This document shows positions 1 to 9,528 of a DNA stretch of 64,000 nucleotides, one piece after another. The stretch lies in the NCBI GenBank assembly GCA_017526585.1, contig JAFXRC010000072.1:6736-70735 (forward strand). Reading direction: 5' to 3'. Under the pieces are notes generated by a model, which saw nothing but the letters and a program-made list of their open reading frames with translations, ran no database searches and was not told the DNA's origin. This DNA is from Fibrobacter sp. GTDB taxonomy: Bacteria; Fibrobacterota; Fibrobacteria; Fibrobacterales; Fibrobacteraceae. The position numbers were made by a program, and so were the translations under genes. Position 1 is the stretch's first letter. The number at the start of each line of letters is the position of its first letter.

Positions 1-1080
1 GCCGACGCAAACCGCATCGCCTTGAAGAGCAAGCTCGACCAGATTACGGCGCTGCAGAGCAACCCGCAGATTGCAGGATTCTTCCTGGACCAATGGGCGG
101 ACTACGGTACTGACTTCTGCGGCCTCTGTGACGAAAACCGCGTAAGCAAGGGTTTCGAAGACTTCTCCAAGGAAATCACGACCCCGAGCCGCGTCTTGAT
201 TAGCGAATTGGAACATGTCGTCGCCCCGCAAACAGAAATCAGCTTCCAGGTGACACTCCTGAACAATAGCCGTTACGAAGACGTGACCGTCGAAATCAGC
301 CTCGTCGACGAAAAGGGCAAGGAAATCGCGAACAACAAAATTACGCCCGAAGAGCACACCGGCAAGACCTGCCTTACGCAACTTGGCAACTGCACGATGA
401 TTGCGCCCAGAAACGAAGGCCGTTTCTTGCTCAAGGTCACGCTGGTCAACGACGGCAAGGTCATTCATACCTCCACCGAAGACATCATTGTCATCGAAGA
501 AGCCGATGTCAAGAGCGCCATGAAGAAGGTCTGCTTCCTGGACAACAGCGAAGAATCGAGCGACGCACTCGCTGCACTCACAGGTCCTGAACAGGTCATC
601 TTTACTGCAAACTTGAGCTCCTGGCCCGACGAAATTCTGGACAAGCTCGTGGATGTCGTGAAGAACGGCGGCAAGACGCTCCTGCTTTCTGACCTCACGC
701 AGGAAGATATCGATTACCTGAACGAGAGTCACCAGTTCGACTGCAACATCGAATCCCATTGGAGCACCGGTGCAAACGAGCTCAGCTTGCACTACCTGCC
801 CAAGGGTTCTGAACTTGCGCCGGTATTCGGCGAAGCATCCGTTCTCGACAGCAATGCCGCAGCAGTGATGCCGAGCATCTCCTTGAACGAACTTCCGGGA
901 GCAACCGTGTTCGCCCGTTCTGTCAGCTTGAAGAACGGCGAAGTCAAGACCGGCACCGACCTGCAGCTCTACCCGTTCGGCAACGGAAAAATTATGTTCA
1001 ACCAGTTCAATGTGATTGAAGGGCTTGAAACCAACCCGCTCGCAGACAAACTGTTCACGACAATCGTCAACCTGCTGTAA
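1..1080 (+). CDS. C-terminal part of a probable glycoside hydrolase family 2 protein (5' truncated by the window edge)
   Basis: Frame 1 is open from base 1. The segment IAGFFLDQWADYGTDFCGLCDENRVSK resembles the end of a GH2 barrel and is followed by an Ig-like domain. Confidence 0.5.
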   Translation, partial: ADANRIALKSKLDQITALQSNPQIAGFFLDQWADYGTDFCGLCDENRVSKGFEDFSKEITTPSRVLISELEHVVAPQTEISFQVTLLNNSRYEDVTVEISLVDEKGKEIANNKITPEEHTGKTCLTQLGNCTMIAPRNEGRFLLKVTLVNDGKVIHTSTEDIIVIEEADVKSAMKKVCFLDNSEESSDALAALTGPEQVIFTANLSSWPDEILDKLVDVVKNGGKTLLLSDLTQEDIDYLNESHQFDCNIESHWSTGANELSLHYLPKGSELAPVFGEASVLDSNAAAVMPSISLNELPGATVFARSVSLKNGEVKTGTDLQLYPFGNGKIMFNQFNVIEGLETNPLADKLFTTIVNLL

Positions 1081-1101
1081 GAATTAATTCTCACGGGAAA
1101 T

Positions 1102-1133
1102 AAAAGGCGCAGGTTCAGCCTGCGTCTTTTTTT
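1102..1133 (+). terminator. Rho-independent terminator
   Basis: aaaaggcgcagg-ttcag-cctgcgtc followed by a T run, just after the stop codon. Confidence 0.8.
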
Positions 1134-1135
1134 GA

Positions 1136-1245
1136 CAAAAAAAGACTCGGTGCGTCCCCGAGAGAGAAGGATTGCACCGAGTCTAAACACCCAAGTCCGA
1201 TACCTTGCGACAATCCAACAGCGTCGCTGGTAAAATCAAACCTGT
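1136..1245 (-). ncRNA. Candidate small RNA with two hairpins and a terminator
   Basis: On the minus strand: a gcgac..gtcgc hairpin, then agactcggtgc-aatccttctctctcggggac-gcaccgagtct-T run. No credible minus-strand gene lies upstream. Confidence 0.4.
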
Positions 1246-1344
1246 ATTTTGAAATTACATTCCAATGTGATGAAAAACAAGTTTCTATATTGTAAAATAA
1301 GACTAACAGTTCAAAAAATGCTCAAAAAAGGATAAAAACGGCTT

Positions 1345-2625
1345 ATGACTTGCTCCAATATGAAATATTCCAACTTGGAAGAATACTCCGACCTTCTGGC
1401 AAGAAACGCCCAGAAGGCAAGCAAGACGCTCCGTACCCTGCCGGGTGAAAAGCGTAGCGCCGTGCTGAACCGCGTCGCCCAGATTTTGCGCGACCGTAAG
1501 CCGGAAATCCTAGCAGCAAACAAGATTGACCTTGAAGCCGCCGCCGGAAAGCTCGACGACTCGAAGATGGACCGTCTCACACTGAACGACGCCCGTATCG
1601 AGGCCATGGCCAAGGGTGCCGAAGAAATCGCCTCTTTCGCAGATCCGCTGAACAAGGTTCTCGAAAGCCGCGAACTCAAGAACGGCATCAAGATTAGCCG
1701 CGTGGCCGTGCCTATCGGTTCTGTGTTCTTTATTTTTGAAAGCCGCCCCAATGTGACCATCGATGGCGCCTGCCTCTGCTTCAAGGCGGGCAATGCAGTC
1801 ATCCTCCGCGGCGGTAAGGAATCGCTGAATTCCGCCAAGTGCCTCGCCGGCATCTTCCACGAAGCCCTCGCCGAAGAAGGCATCGACCAAGACGCCGTGC
1901 AGCTCGTGACCGAAACGAGCCACGACCTGGTGGGAATGCTCCTGCAGCGCAACGACTGCCTCGACCTCGTGATTCCCCGCGGCGGCGAACGCCTGATCCG
2001 CGCCGTCGTAGAACAGAGCAAGATTCCCGTGATTAAGCACTTCAACGGCATTTGCCATGTGTACGTGGACAAGTCCGCTGATATGGACAAGGCGGTGAAC
2101 ATCTTGATTAACGCTAAGACGCAGCGCACCGGCGTGTGCAACGCCATGGAATGCGTGATTATCGACCGCCACATCGATGCGGCAACCACCAAGAAGCTGT
2201 TGGACAGCCTCGCCGACCGCGGCGTGGAACTCTTTGGCAACAAGGACGCCCAGAGCCACGACAGCCGTATCAAGGACATTGGCGACGACTCCAATTACCA
2301 CCACGAATACTTGGCCCTCAAGGCAAGCGTCAAGTTCGTCGATAATGTTGCCGAAGCCTGCGACCATATCGAAAAGAACAGCAGCCGCCACACCGAAGCG
2401 GTCGTTGCCGAAGACGCAAGCGTTCAGGACTACTTCGTCGCAAACGTGGACAGCAGCAGCGTGATGGTGAACGCCAGCACGCGCTTTGCCGACGGTGGCG
2501 AATACGGTCTCGGTGCCGAAGTGGGCATCTCTACCGACAAGTTGCATGCCCGTGGCCCCATGGGCGTGGAAAGCCTCTGCAGCTACAAGTGGATTTTGCG
2601 CGGAAACGGCCAGGTGAGAGGATAG
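1345..2625 (+). CDS. proA: Gamma-glutamyl phosphate reductase
   Basis: FESRPNVT, LRGGKE, CNAME and EVGISTDKLHARGPMG motifs. The start may be the ATG at 1360. Confidence 0.97.
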   Translation: MTCSNMKYSNLEEYSDLLARNAQKASKTLRTLPGEKRSAVLNRVAQILRDRKPEILAANKIDLEAAAGKLDDSKMDRLTLNDARIEAMAKGAEEIASFADPLNKVLESRELKNGIKISRVAVPIGSVFFIFESRPNVTIDGACLCFKAGNAVILRGGKESLNSAKCLAGIFHEALAEEGIDQDAVQLVTETSHDLVGMLLQRNDCLDLVIPRGGERLIRAVVEQSKIPVIKHFNGICHVYVDKSADMDKAVNILINAKTQRTGVCNAMECVIIDRHIDAATTKKLLDSLADRGVELFGNKDAQSHDSRIKDIGDDSNYHHEYLALKASVKFVDNVAEACDHIEKNSSRHTEAVVAEDASVQDYFVANVDSSSVMVNASTRFADGGEYGLGAEVGISTDKLHARGPMGVESLCSYKWILRGNGQVRG

Positions 2626-2643
2626 CAGGAAGTGACACTAACG

Positions 2644-2679
2644 TGTCATCCTGAGCGAGTGTAACGAGTCGAAGGATCT
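2644..2679. repeat. REP-like palindromic element (GTCATCCTGAGC...GAAGGATCT type)
   Basis: tgtcatcctgagcgagtgtaacgagtcgaaggatct; the same ends recur in inverted orientation inside tilS at 10218-10313. Confidence 0.75.
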
Positions 2680-2683
2680 CAAG

Positions 2684-3034
2684 ATGAAGTTCGAAGATTT
2701 GATTAAAGAAGTGAAGTTCGAAGTCGAAGTAGATGGCGTAGCGCTTGCACCGGCAATCGTTCAAGATGCCGACAAGGGCGACGTTCTGATGATGGCGTGG
2801 ATGAACGAAGAAGCCCTCCGCCGCACGCACGAATGTGGCGAAATGGTGTTCTGGAGCCGTAGCCGCAAGGAATACTGGCACAAGGGCGACACCAGCGGAA
2901 ACGTGATGACCGTCGTGGAATGGGCAGCCGACTGCGACAGCGACGCTTTGCTCTTTAAGGTTCGCATGCAGGGGCCACAGGTCGCTTGCCACACAGGCGC
3001 GAGAAGTTGCTTTTTTAAGACTTGCGATAAATAG
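2684..3034 (+). CDS. hisI: Phosphoribosyl-AMP cyclohydrolase
   Basis: [19 protein letters not shown] and [10 protein letters not shown] motifs. Confidence 0.96.
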   Translation: MKFEDLIKEVKFEVEVDGVALAPAIVQDADKGDVLMMAWMNEEALRRTHECGEMVFWSRSRKEYWHKGDTSGNVMTVVEWAADCDSDALLFKVRMQGPQVACHTGARSCFFKTCDK

Positions 3035-3057
3035 TCTCTGAAAAAAGGGAGTGTTCT

Positions 3058-4386
3058 ATGAAACGAGCTATAGCACTTTTGCTTGCGGTGGCGGTATTTG
3101 GCCTTGCCGAAACAGATTCGATCAAGGTTGATTTTCGTCAGATGGGTAGCAACTATTACGCCTACCCTACTCCGACAGCCAAGTACACCAAGGTTCCCGC
3201 CGGCTACAAGCCGTTTTACCTGAGCCATTACGGCAGACACGGCAGTCGCTTTCACCAGCCTGCCGACCATTACCATGCTCTGTACAACACGCTCGCCATG
3301 GCCGATTCTTTAGGCAAGCTCACCGAGCTCGGCAAGAGCCTGCTTGAACGCGCCAAGTACCTGGACGAATACGCCGCGCCACGCGCAGGCGACTTGACCC
3401 AACTCGGCGTGGCTCAGCACCAGGGAATCGCAAAGCGCATGGTCACGAACTTCCCCGAACTGTTCAAGAGCGACGCCTATGTAGAAGCCTACGCCAGCAC
3501 CAGCGTGCGCTGCGTCGTCAGCATGGCTGCATTCCTCGAAGAACTCCGCGCCCAGAAGCCCAAACTGGACATTCACCAGGAATCGGGCAAGTACCTGATG
3601 AGCTTCATCAGCCCACTCGACTTCGGCAAAATTATCAACGAATCGAACACACCCGCCTGGCAAAAAGAAAACGAAAAACTCTACAGCCATGTGAACACCG
3701 ACCGCATGATGCGCGCCATTTTCAACGATTCCAACTACATCAAGAAGAATGTGGACGCAGGCGATCTCTTTAGCAAAATTTATGAAATCGGAAACAGCCT
3801 GCAGGGCAGTCCCGAAATCGAATTCAGCTTTGACGATTTGTGGACCGAAGAAGATCTTACTGCCCGCTGGCACGCCCAGAACGCCTGGTGGTACAGTGTT
3901 CTCGGCAACAATCCCTTCGCCAAAAAACAGGGACTCGATAACGCTCGTCCGCTCTTGAAAAACGTTCTGGACGAGGCAGACAAGGTGATTACCGCCGACA
4001 CGCCAAAGGCAGACAAGACCGCCGCAAAGCCTGCAAAAAAGACCACGGCGACGCTGCGCTTTGGACACGACACCGTCATTTTCCCGTTCGCCGTCTTGCT
4101 GCAATTGGATAACGGCTCGATGAACACTGGCATCGAAACCGCCGACATGGAAAACCTGCACAAGGTCTGGCGCGACTACGAGATTAGCCCGATGGCAGCC
4201 AACGTGCAGTTCATCTTCTACAAGTCCGCCAAGAAGGGCTCCCCCATTCTGGTAAAGGTGATGCTCAACGAAACAGAGCAGAAACTGCCCGTGACTTGCG
4301 ACTCAGCAACCGTCAAGAACTGCCCCGCCGCACCGTATTACCGCTGGGATGACGTCCGCGAATTCTACAGAAAAGCTCTACCCTAA
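3058..4386 (+). CDS. Secreted histidine acid phosphatase (MINPP/phytase or glucose-1-phosphatase-like)
   Basis: Signal peptide; RHGSR and FGHDT catalytic motifs. Confidence 0.85.
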   Translation: MKRAIALLLAVAVFGLAETDSIKVDFRQMGSNYYAYPTPTAKYTKVPAGYKPFYLSHYGRHGSRFHQPADHYHALYNTLAMADSLGKLTELGKSLLERAKYLDEYAAPRAGDLTQLGVAQHQGIAKRMVTNFPELFKSDAYVEAYASTSVRCVVSMAAFLEELRAQKPKLDIHQESGKYLMSFISPLDFGKIINESNTPAWQKENEKLYSHVNTDRMMRAIFNDSNYIKKNVDAGDLFSKIYEIGNSLQGSPEIEFSFDDLWTEEDLTARWHAQNAWWYSVLGNNPFAKKQGLDNARPLLKNVLDEADKVITADTPKADKTAAKPAKKTTATLRFGHDTVIFPFAVLLQLDNGSMNTGIETADMENLHKVWRDYEISPMAANVQFIFYKSAKKGSPILVKVMLNETEQKLPVTCDSATVKNCPAAPYYRWDDVREFYRKALP

Positions 4387-4397
4387 ATAAGTCGGCT

Positions 4398-4832
4398 TTA
4401 TTTGCCTTCTACATAGAGTTTTCTCATTTCTTCGGGGATAGCCATGGGGCGTCCGCGCTTCATATCCACGAGCACCCATTGCGTTTCCGATTCAAAGATG
4501 ATCTTACCGTCAGAGACCCGTTCAAAGCAGCACTTGCGGGAAGAGGCGACCTTGCCATAAGCGGCGACCCAGGTCGTACCCCGGATTTCGTCCCCTAGGA
4601 AAGCCTGGTTTCGGTATTCGACATGCTGCACATGGATCATCCAGCCAGCACCAAGTTCACGCATCAAGGATGTTCCACCGACTGAATCGGAATGGGCAAT
4701 CGAGATATCCTGAATCCACTGGACAGACCAGACATTGTTGAAATGATGATTGTCATCGATCATTTCCGGTGTCACCTTGAACATCTGCATAAATTTCATC
4801 GGGTCAACCGTTTCTTCCATTCCAATTGCCAT
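4398..4832 (-). CDS. Acyl-CoA thioesterase (4HBT/YbgC hot-dog fold)
   Basis: IDDNHHFNN motif, VEYRNQAFLGD, RPMAIPEE; 144 aa. Confidence 0.85.
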   Translation of the reverse strand: MAIGMEETVDPMKFMQMFKVTPEMIDDNHHFNNVWSVQWIQDISIAHSDSVGGTSLMRELGAGWMIHVQHVEYRNQAFLGDEIRGTTWVAAYGKVASSRKCCFERVSDGKIIFESETQWVLVDMKRGRPMAIPEEMRKLYVEGK

Positions 4833-4891
4833 AGGACCTCCAACATGCTTCTAAAGAACGGACAAAATTTAGTAAAACTACCCAATTTTTT

Positions 4892-4899
4892 TATATTTG
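4892..4899 (+). promoter_or_regulatory. TATATTTG (-7-type) promoter element, 7 nt before the slyD ATG
   Basis: The same octamer recurs upstream of several genes and of the tRNA; it matches the Bacteroidota TAnnTTTG consensus. Confidence 0.6.
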
Positions 4900-4906
4900 T
4901 GCCCGT

Positions 4907-5527
4907 ATGGAAATTGTTCAAGACAAGCTGAAAATCAGCATTGCCTACACTTTAAAAGAACGGACCGGGAAAATTCTTGAAGAGGTTCCCGCGAATTTTC
5001 CGTTCGTGTATATCCACGGGTACAATAACATTATCCCGGGACTAGAAGACGCTCTAAACGGGCGTCGTTTGAATGAAAGTTTTTCTGTCGATATCCCTTT
5101 TGAACAGGGCTACGGACCTTACCGCCCCGACTTGGTGATGGAAGTGCCCAAGGACGAGCTCCGCGAAGTGGGAGAAATCTGGCTCGGCATGGAACTCGAA
5201 ATGTTCATGGACGACGATGTCCGAGAATTTCAACTGCCTGAGACTCCTGACGAATTTGTGGACGGGCTGAACCTGGACGACGACGATGAATCCGACGGAA
5301 TCTACACCATCAAAGAAATCAAGAAAGACACGGTGATCGTGGACGGAAACCATCCCTTTGCCGGGAAAGACTTGACTTTTGATGTAACGGTAGTCGCCAT
5401 CGAGCAGCCCAGCTTTACGGAATTAGAAAGCGGATTCCCCGAAAGCGAAGAAAATTTCGACAACGGCTTCGACGATTTGGACGGAGAGGATTTCGATTCA
5501 GATTCCCCCAATAGAAGATGGCGCTAA
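4907..5527 (+). CDS. slyD: FKBP-type peptidyl-prolyl isomerase, SlyD-like
   Basis: YIHGYNNIIPGLEDAL and VDGNHPFAGKDLTF motifs; tail is acidic rather than His-rich. Confidence 0.9.
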   Translation: MEIVQDKLKISIAYTLKERTGKILEEVPANFPFVYIHGYNNIIPGLEDALNGRRLNESFSVDIPFEQGYGPYRPDLVMEVPKDELREVGEIWLGMELEMFMDDDVREFQLPETPDEFVDGLNLDDDDESDGIYTIKEIKKDTVIVDGNHPFAGKDLTFDVTVVAIEQPSFTELESGFPESEENFDNGFDDLDGEDFDSDSPNRRWR

Positions 5528-5597
5528 CACACCGTTGAAAGAATCCTGAAAGACGGCATGACCTTGGGGCACGGTCCGCCACAAATTTCAAACAAAT

Positions 5598-5629
5598 TAA
5601 AAATCCCTCGGCAGAACCGAGGGATTTTT
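5598..5629. terminator. Bidirectional intrinsic terminator
   Basis: aaaaatccctcgg-cagaa-ccgagggattttt between convergent genes. Confidence 0.85.
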
Positions 5630-5652
5630 ATTAGCGTTATAAGCTAGCTCAA

Positions 5653-6288
5653 TTAAGCTTCGTCGTCGGAAAGTTCCGGAGCTTTCTTGATCACGTTGCG
5701 ACGGCCATAGCGGACCTTGGACGGATCGAAGGTAGTTTCAACGGCTTCAACAGGTGCTTCAGCAACGGGAGCAACAGGAGCTGCGACCGGAGCGGCGGCA
5801 GGAGCGGCCGGGGTTTCAACCGGAATGCGCGGAGCCAGCGGACGGCGGGTTTCGGCGGCCGGAGCTTCGGCAACCGGTGCTGCTGCAGGAGCCTGAGCTT
5901 CAACTGCGGCGGGAGCGGCCTGGGCTTCGGCGTTCATTTCGCGACGCGGACGTTCAGGACGGCCTTCGCGACGGTCGCGGCGGTTGCCGCGATTTTCACG
6001 CTGTTCATTGCGAGAAGGGTTCTGCTGGGAAGCGCGGTTGTCACGGTTTTCCTTGGCAGGACGGTCCTTACCGTTGTTCTGACGATTTTCCTTATTGCCC
6101 TTTTCGCCGCGCTGAGCCATTTCCTGTGCGCTGATCGGGCGACGGGAACCGGGCTTCAAATTCATATCGGGCGTGAGCTTCTTGAAAATCGGGGTGCGAA
6201 GCATAGTAAGGAGTTTGTTAACCTTAGTCAGGATAACGATGCACAGAATCACTGCAACGAGTGAGAGTGCGAGTGCGATGTATTCCAT
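5653..6288 (-). CDS. Hypothetical membrane-anchored, intrinsically disordered protein
   Basis: GAGGTG SD before the ATG at 6288; N-terminal TM helix, R/N/E-rich segment, then Ala/Pro-rich linker. Confidence 0.75.
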   Translation of the reverse strand: MEYIALALSLVAVILCIVILTKVNKLLTMLRTPIFKKLTPDMNLKPGSRRPISAQEMAQRGEKGNKENRQNNGKDRPAKENRDNRASQQNPSRNEQRENRGNRRDRREGRPERPRREMNAEAQAAPAAVEAQAPAAAPVAEAPAAETRRPLAPRIPVETPAAPAAAPVAAPVAPVAEAPVEAVETTFDPSKVRYGRRNVIKKAPELSDDEA

Positions 6289-6314
6289 TCGGGGCACCTC
6301 ATAAGTAAGGGTTG

Positions 6315-6492
6315 ACCGCAGGTGCAGGCTGGAAATAAACCCGCATGCGGTGTGGCTGGTTATTGTTTGTGTGTGCTTAAAGCCATCTTACTAGCGCCTC
6401 CTGAGAGGCTTGACGGCGATAAGGTTTCGGGCAAATTGGGCCAGCGAAACTATAAGGGGGCTACCGCTAGGCGGTAGGCCATTGTTAGCCAC
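6315..6492 (-). ncRNA. Candidate structured 5' leader / cis-regulatory RNA
   Basis: Begins 5 nt after TATATTTG (6498-6505). A gtggct/agccac stem closes three inner hairpins and is followed by a 14-bp bulged hairpin before the SD. Confidence 0.45.
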
Positions 6493-6531
6493 GGCGGCAA
6501 ATATAAAAAAAAGCCGCTCTACCGGTGGCAG

Positions 6532-6756
6532 TTAAGGATGCATATCGAGCTTTTCGAGTGACTTTTTGACAGAATCCCCGTAGGCCGTCAGGGAGTCCAG
6601 GTTCTTCTGCAAGGAATCGACCGTTTTCGAAAGTTCTGCATTTTCTTTTGCAAGGCGGCTGATTTCTGCCTCGGCCTCTTTATCGGCGCAAGAGGACAGC
6701 GCAAAAACAGCAAACACGGCAAAGGTTATTACAGACAAAGTAAATCTAGAGCTCAT
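6532..6756 (-). CDS. Small coiled-coil lipoprotein
   Basis: Hydrophobic signal ending LSSC (lipobox), then heptad repeats. Confidence 0.7.
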   Translation of the reverse strand: MSSRFTLSVITFAVFAVFALSSCADKEAEAEISRLAKENAELSKTVDSLQKNLDSLTAYGDSVKKSLEKLDMHP

Positions 6757-6844
6757 GCTCAGAATATAGCAAATAATTAATCAAAGCAAGAACCATTGCC
6801 GTTCGCCAAGGCAAGCACCGCTCTAGTTTTCTATCTTTTTTCTC

Positions 6845-9439
6845 ATGGAATTAAATTCACGCACATCGCCGGAACTTCTTTTGCCGGTAGGAACCCGCGA
6901 AATGCTCGAAGCCGCCGTCAAGAATGGCGCCGATGCAGTATACTTCGGGGTGCCGCACTGGAATGCCCGCGGAAGAACCGAGGACTTTACCTTTGACGAT
7001 GTTCGTGACATGATACGATACGCCCGAATCCGTGGCGTCCGAACCTTTCTCGCAATGAATGTACTCGTATTCGAGCGCGAGCTGCAAGAATTACCCGAAT
7101 TCCTCGAAAAAATCATTTCGCTCGAACCTGACGCCTTTATTATCCAGGATATCGGTCTAGCCCGCCTGATTCGCGCCATTTGCCCGAACCAGGAGATCCA
7201 CGCCAGTACGCAGATGACGCTTGCAAGCGCCGAGGGCGTGAACCTGGTGAAATCCATCGGTTTCAATCGCGCCGTGCTCGCCCGCGAGCTTTCCATAAAA
7301 GAAATAGCCCGCATCAAGACTGACACCGACCTCGAACTCGAAGTATTCATTCACGGAGCCCTTTGCGTCAGCTATTCAGGGCAATGCCTCACCAGCGAAA
7401 ATTTTGGCGGTCGCAGCGCCAACCGAGGCCAATGCGCCCAAAGTTGCAGGCTTCCCTACCGCATCTTTGTGGACGGCAAGGAATACCGCGACACCGATGC
7501 GCAATACCTCTTCAGCACCCGCGACCTGTGCGCCCTCCCCAAGCTGCCCGAACTCGAAGAAATCGGCGTAAATTCGCTCAAGGTCGAAGGCCGCCTCAAG
7601 AGCCCAGAATATGTAGCCGCCGTAGCCAAAGCCTACCGAAAGGCTCTTAACCAGATTCCACTCGACGCCAAGGACATGGAGCCACTTGAAGTGCTCTTTA
7701 GCCGCGGACTGAACACCGGCTGGTTGGACGGGGACAACCACCAGGAACTGGTGAACGGGACTTTCAGCAACCACCACGGACTTTACCTCGGTACCGTCCA
7801 CAAGGTTGATCGCGGACATGTCATCATCGCACTCGACGAAAAAATTGTCGAGGAAAACCGCACAGGGACATTCGACAAGTCGTCTGCCATGCTCCCACAA
7901 GCGGGCGACGGAATCCTCTTCGAAAATGCGGCTCTTGGCGTGAGTATTGGCAGCCGCCTCTACGCTGCGCAAATTACCCATTTGCCACACCCCAAACGCG
8001 GCGAGCCCAAATACTTGCGAATGGAATTCGCACGCGATTTCGACATTCGGCAAATTGGCTCCGGCATGCAGGTTTACCGCAATGACTCCCCTGTCCTGGA
8101 GCGCGAGCTGCGCAAGACTTTTACAGACCGCAATCTCGAAGAGCGCATTCCCGTGAATATGATTCTCTCGGGAAAAATTGGAGAGCCACTGAAGCTTACG
8201 ATTAGCGATATGCCGAAACATACCGCAGAGGTTGAAACGGAAACAGCTCTTGAAGCCGCCCGCAACGAAAACCGCAGCAAGAATGAAATCGACAAGGCTC
8301 TCCGCGACTTAGCGCACAAGGAACTTTCTGCATTAAGTTCGACCGCCTATCAGCTAAAGCAACTCGATGTTCAGGTGGAACGAGGCTCATTCATTCCTGG
8401 AAAGATTCTCCGCACGCTCCGCCAGGCAGCCATCGAAAAGCTCGACGAAAAGCGCACCGAATGGAAGACATTGAATCCGAGCGCCGAAGCAGGCAGAACC
8501 TTCTTAAACGAGACCCGCGTCAAGTTCAAGGCTGACGCATCTACCAGCGGCGCATCTGCAGTTAAAGAAATCGCGCAGCCATCCATCTCGGTTCTGGTGC
8601 GCAATCCGGACCAGATAGCCGCCCTCGAAGGCCTTTCCATCGAAAATGTCATCATGGATTTCGACTGGGGCGTCAAATACGACACCCCGCTGGAACAAAT
8701 CCGCGAACTCGGATTCAAGGCGGGCATGGCGACGCTTCGCATCCACAAGCCGGGCGAAAGCCATTACCTCAAGAATATCCTGCGGCTTTGCCCGGACTTT
8801 GCCCTGGTGCGAAATCTCGGCGCACTCTCCATCCTCAAAGAAAGCGGAATTCCTCTCACGGGTGACTACAGCCTGAACGCCGCCAACAGCGCCAGCTACG
8901 ACTGGCTCCTTTCACAAGGTCTCTCGACACTCCACCCCTCCTGGGACCTCAACAGCACGCAGCTCTTTGACCTGCTCGAAAACATCGACGGACAGCGCCT
9001 GGAACTCACGCTGCACCAGTACATGCCCGCCTTCCATTCGGAATACTGCGCCTTCGCCCGCGCCCTTACCACGGGCCGTCGCTTCCCGGAATGCGACAAG
9101 ATTTGCACCAAGCACAAGGTCGAAATTTTGGACCACAAGGGCGAACGCCATTTCTTGCAGAGCGACGCCGAATGCCGCAACACGCTCTTTGTGGGCAAGC
9201 CGCAATCGGCGCTAAAGCTTTTGCCGAGACTTCGCAGCGCAGGAGTGAACCACTTCCGCCTCGAAATGCTCACCGAAGACGCTGAAACCGTGCGCCGCAA
9301 GGTGCTCATTTACACGCAGGCCATCCAAGGCAAAATCTCTATCGAAGATGCCATCCGCGAAGCGGGCATCCAAGAAAAATACGGGCTTTCCGAAGGGCAA
9401 CTCTTTAACGAAAGCACCTGGCAAGACCGCAAGAAATAA
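6845..9439 (+). CDS. Peptidase U32 family protein, long RlhA-like form (probable rRNA hydroxylase)
   Basis: GADAVY, HASTQ, HGALCVSYSGQC, NRGQCAQSCR and SLKVEGR motifs; DUF3656-like middle region. Confidence 0.88.
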   Translation: MELNSRTSPELLLPVGTREMLEAAVKNGADAVYFGVPHWNARGRTEDFTFDDVRDMIRYARIRGVRTFLAMNVLVFERELQELPEFLEKIISLEPDAFIIQDIGLARLIRAICPNQEIHASTQMTLASAEGVNLVKSIGFNRAVLARELSIKEIARIKTDTDLELEVFIHGALCVSYSGQCLTSENFGGRSANRGQCAQSCRLPYRIFVDGKEYRDTDAQYLFSTRDLCALPKLPELEEIGVNSLKVEGRLKSPEYVAAVAKAYRKALNQIPLDAKDMEPLEVLFSRGLNTGWLDGDNHQELVNGTFSNHHGLYLGTVHKVDRGHVIIALDEKIVEENRTGTFDKSSAMLPQAGDGILFENAALGVSIGSRLYAAQITHLPHPKRGEPKYLRMEFARDFDIRQIGSGMQVYRNDSPVLERELRKTFTDRNLEERIPVNMILSGKIGEPLKLTISDMPKHTAEVETETALEAARNENRSKNEIDKALRDLAHKELSALSSTAYQLKQLDVQVERGSFIPGKILRTLRQAAIEKLDEKRTEWKTLNPSAEAGRTFLNETRVKFKADASTSGASAVKEIAQPSISVLVRNPDQIAALEGLSIENVIMDFDWGVKYDTPLEQIRELGFKAGMATLRIHKPGESHYLKNILRLCPDFALVRNLGALSILKESGIPLTGDYSLNAANSASYDWLLSQGLSTLHPSWDLNSTQLFDLLENIDGQRLELTLHQYMPAFHSEYCAFARALTTGRRFPECDKICTKHKVEILDHKGERHFLQSDAECRNTLFVGKPQSALKLLPRLRSAGVNHFRLEMLTEDAETVRRKVLIYTQAIQGKISIEDAIREAGIQEKYGLSEGQLFNESTWQDRKK

Positions 9440-9528
9440 CTTTCTTGCGTTTTCAAAAGAAGCCCCGCCGCACCTAGAATTGGCGGGACTCCCCAACTGA
9501 AAAAATGCTATCAAGTTAATGATGCATT

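Noticed and set aside
5528-5597. Weak hairpins after slyD
   Set aside because: Stems are short and imperfect, and cannot be distinguished from chance 3' UTR folding
6315-6492. 6S RNA or SRP RNA assignment for the structured leader
   Set aside because: It lacks the single long rod with a central bubble of 6S and the SRP helix-8 motif; kept only as an unassigned candidate
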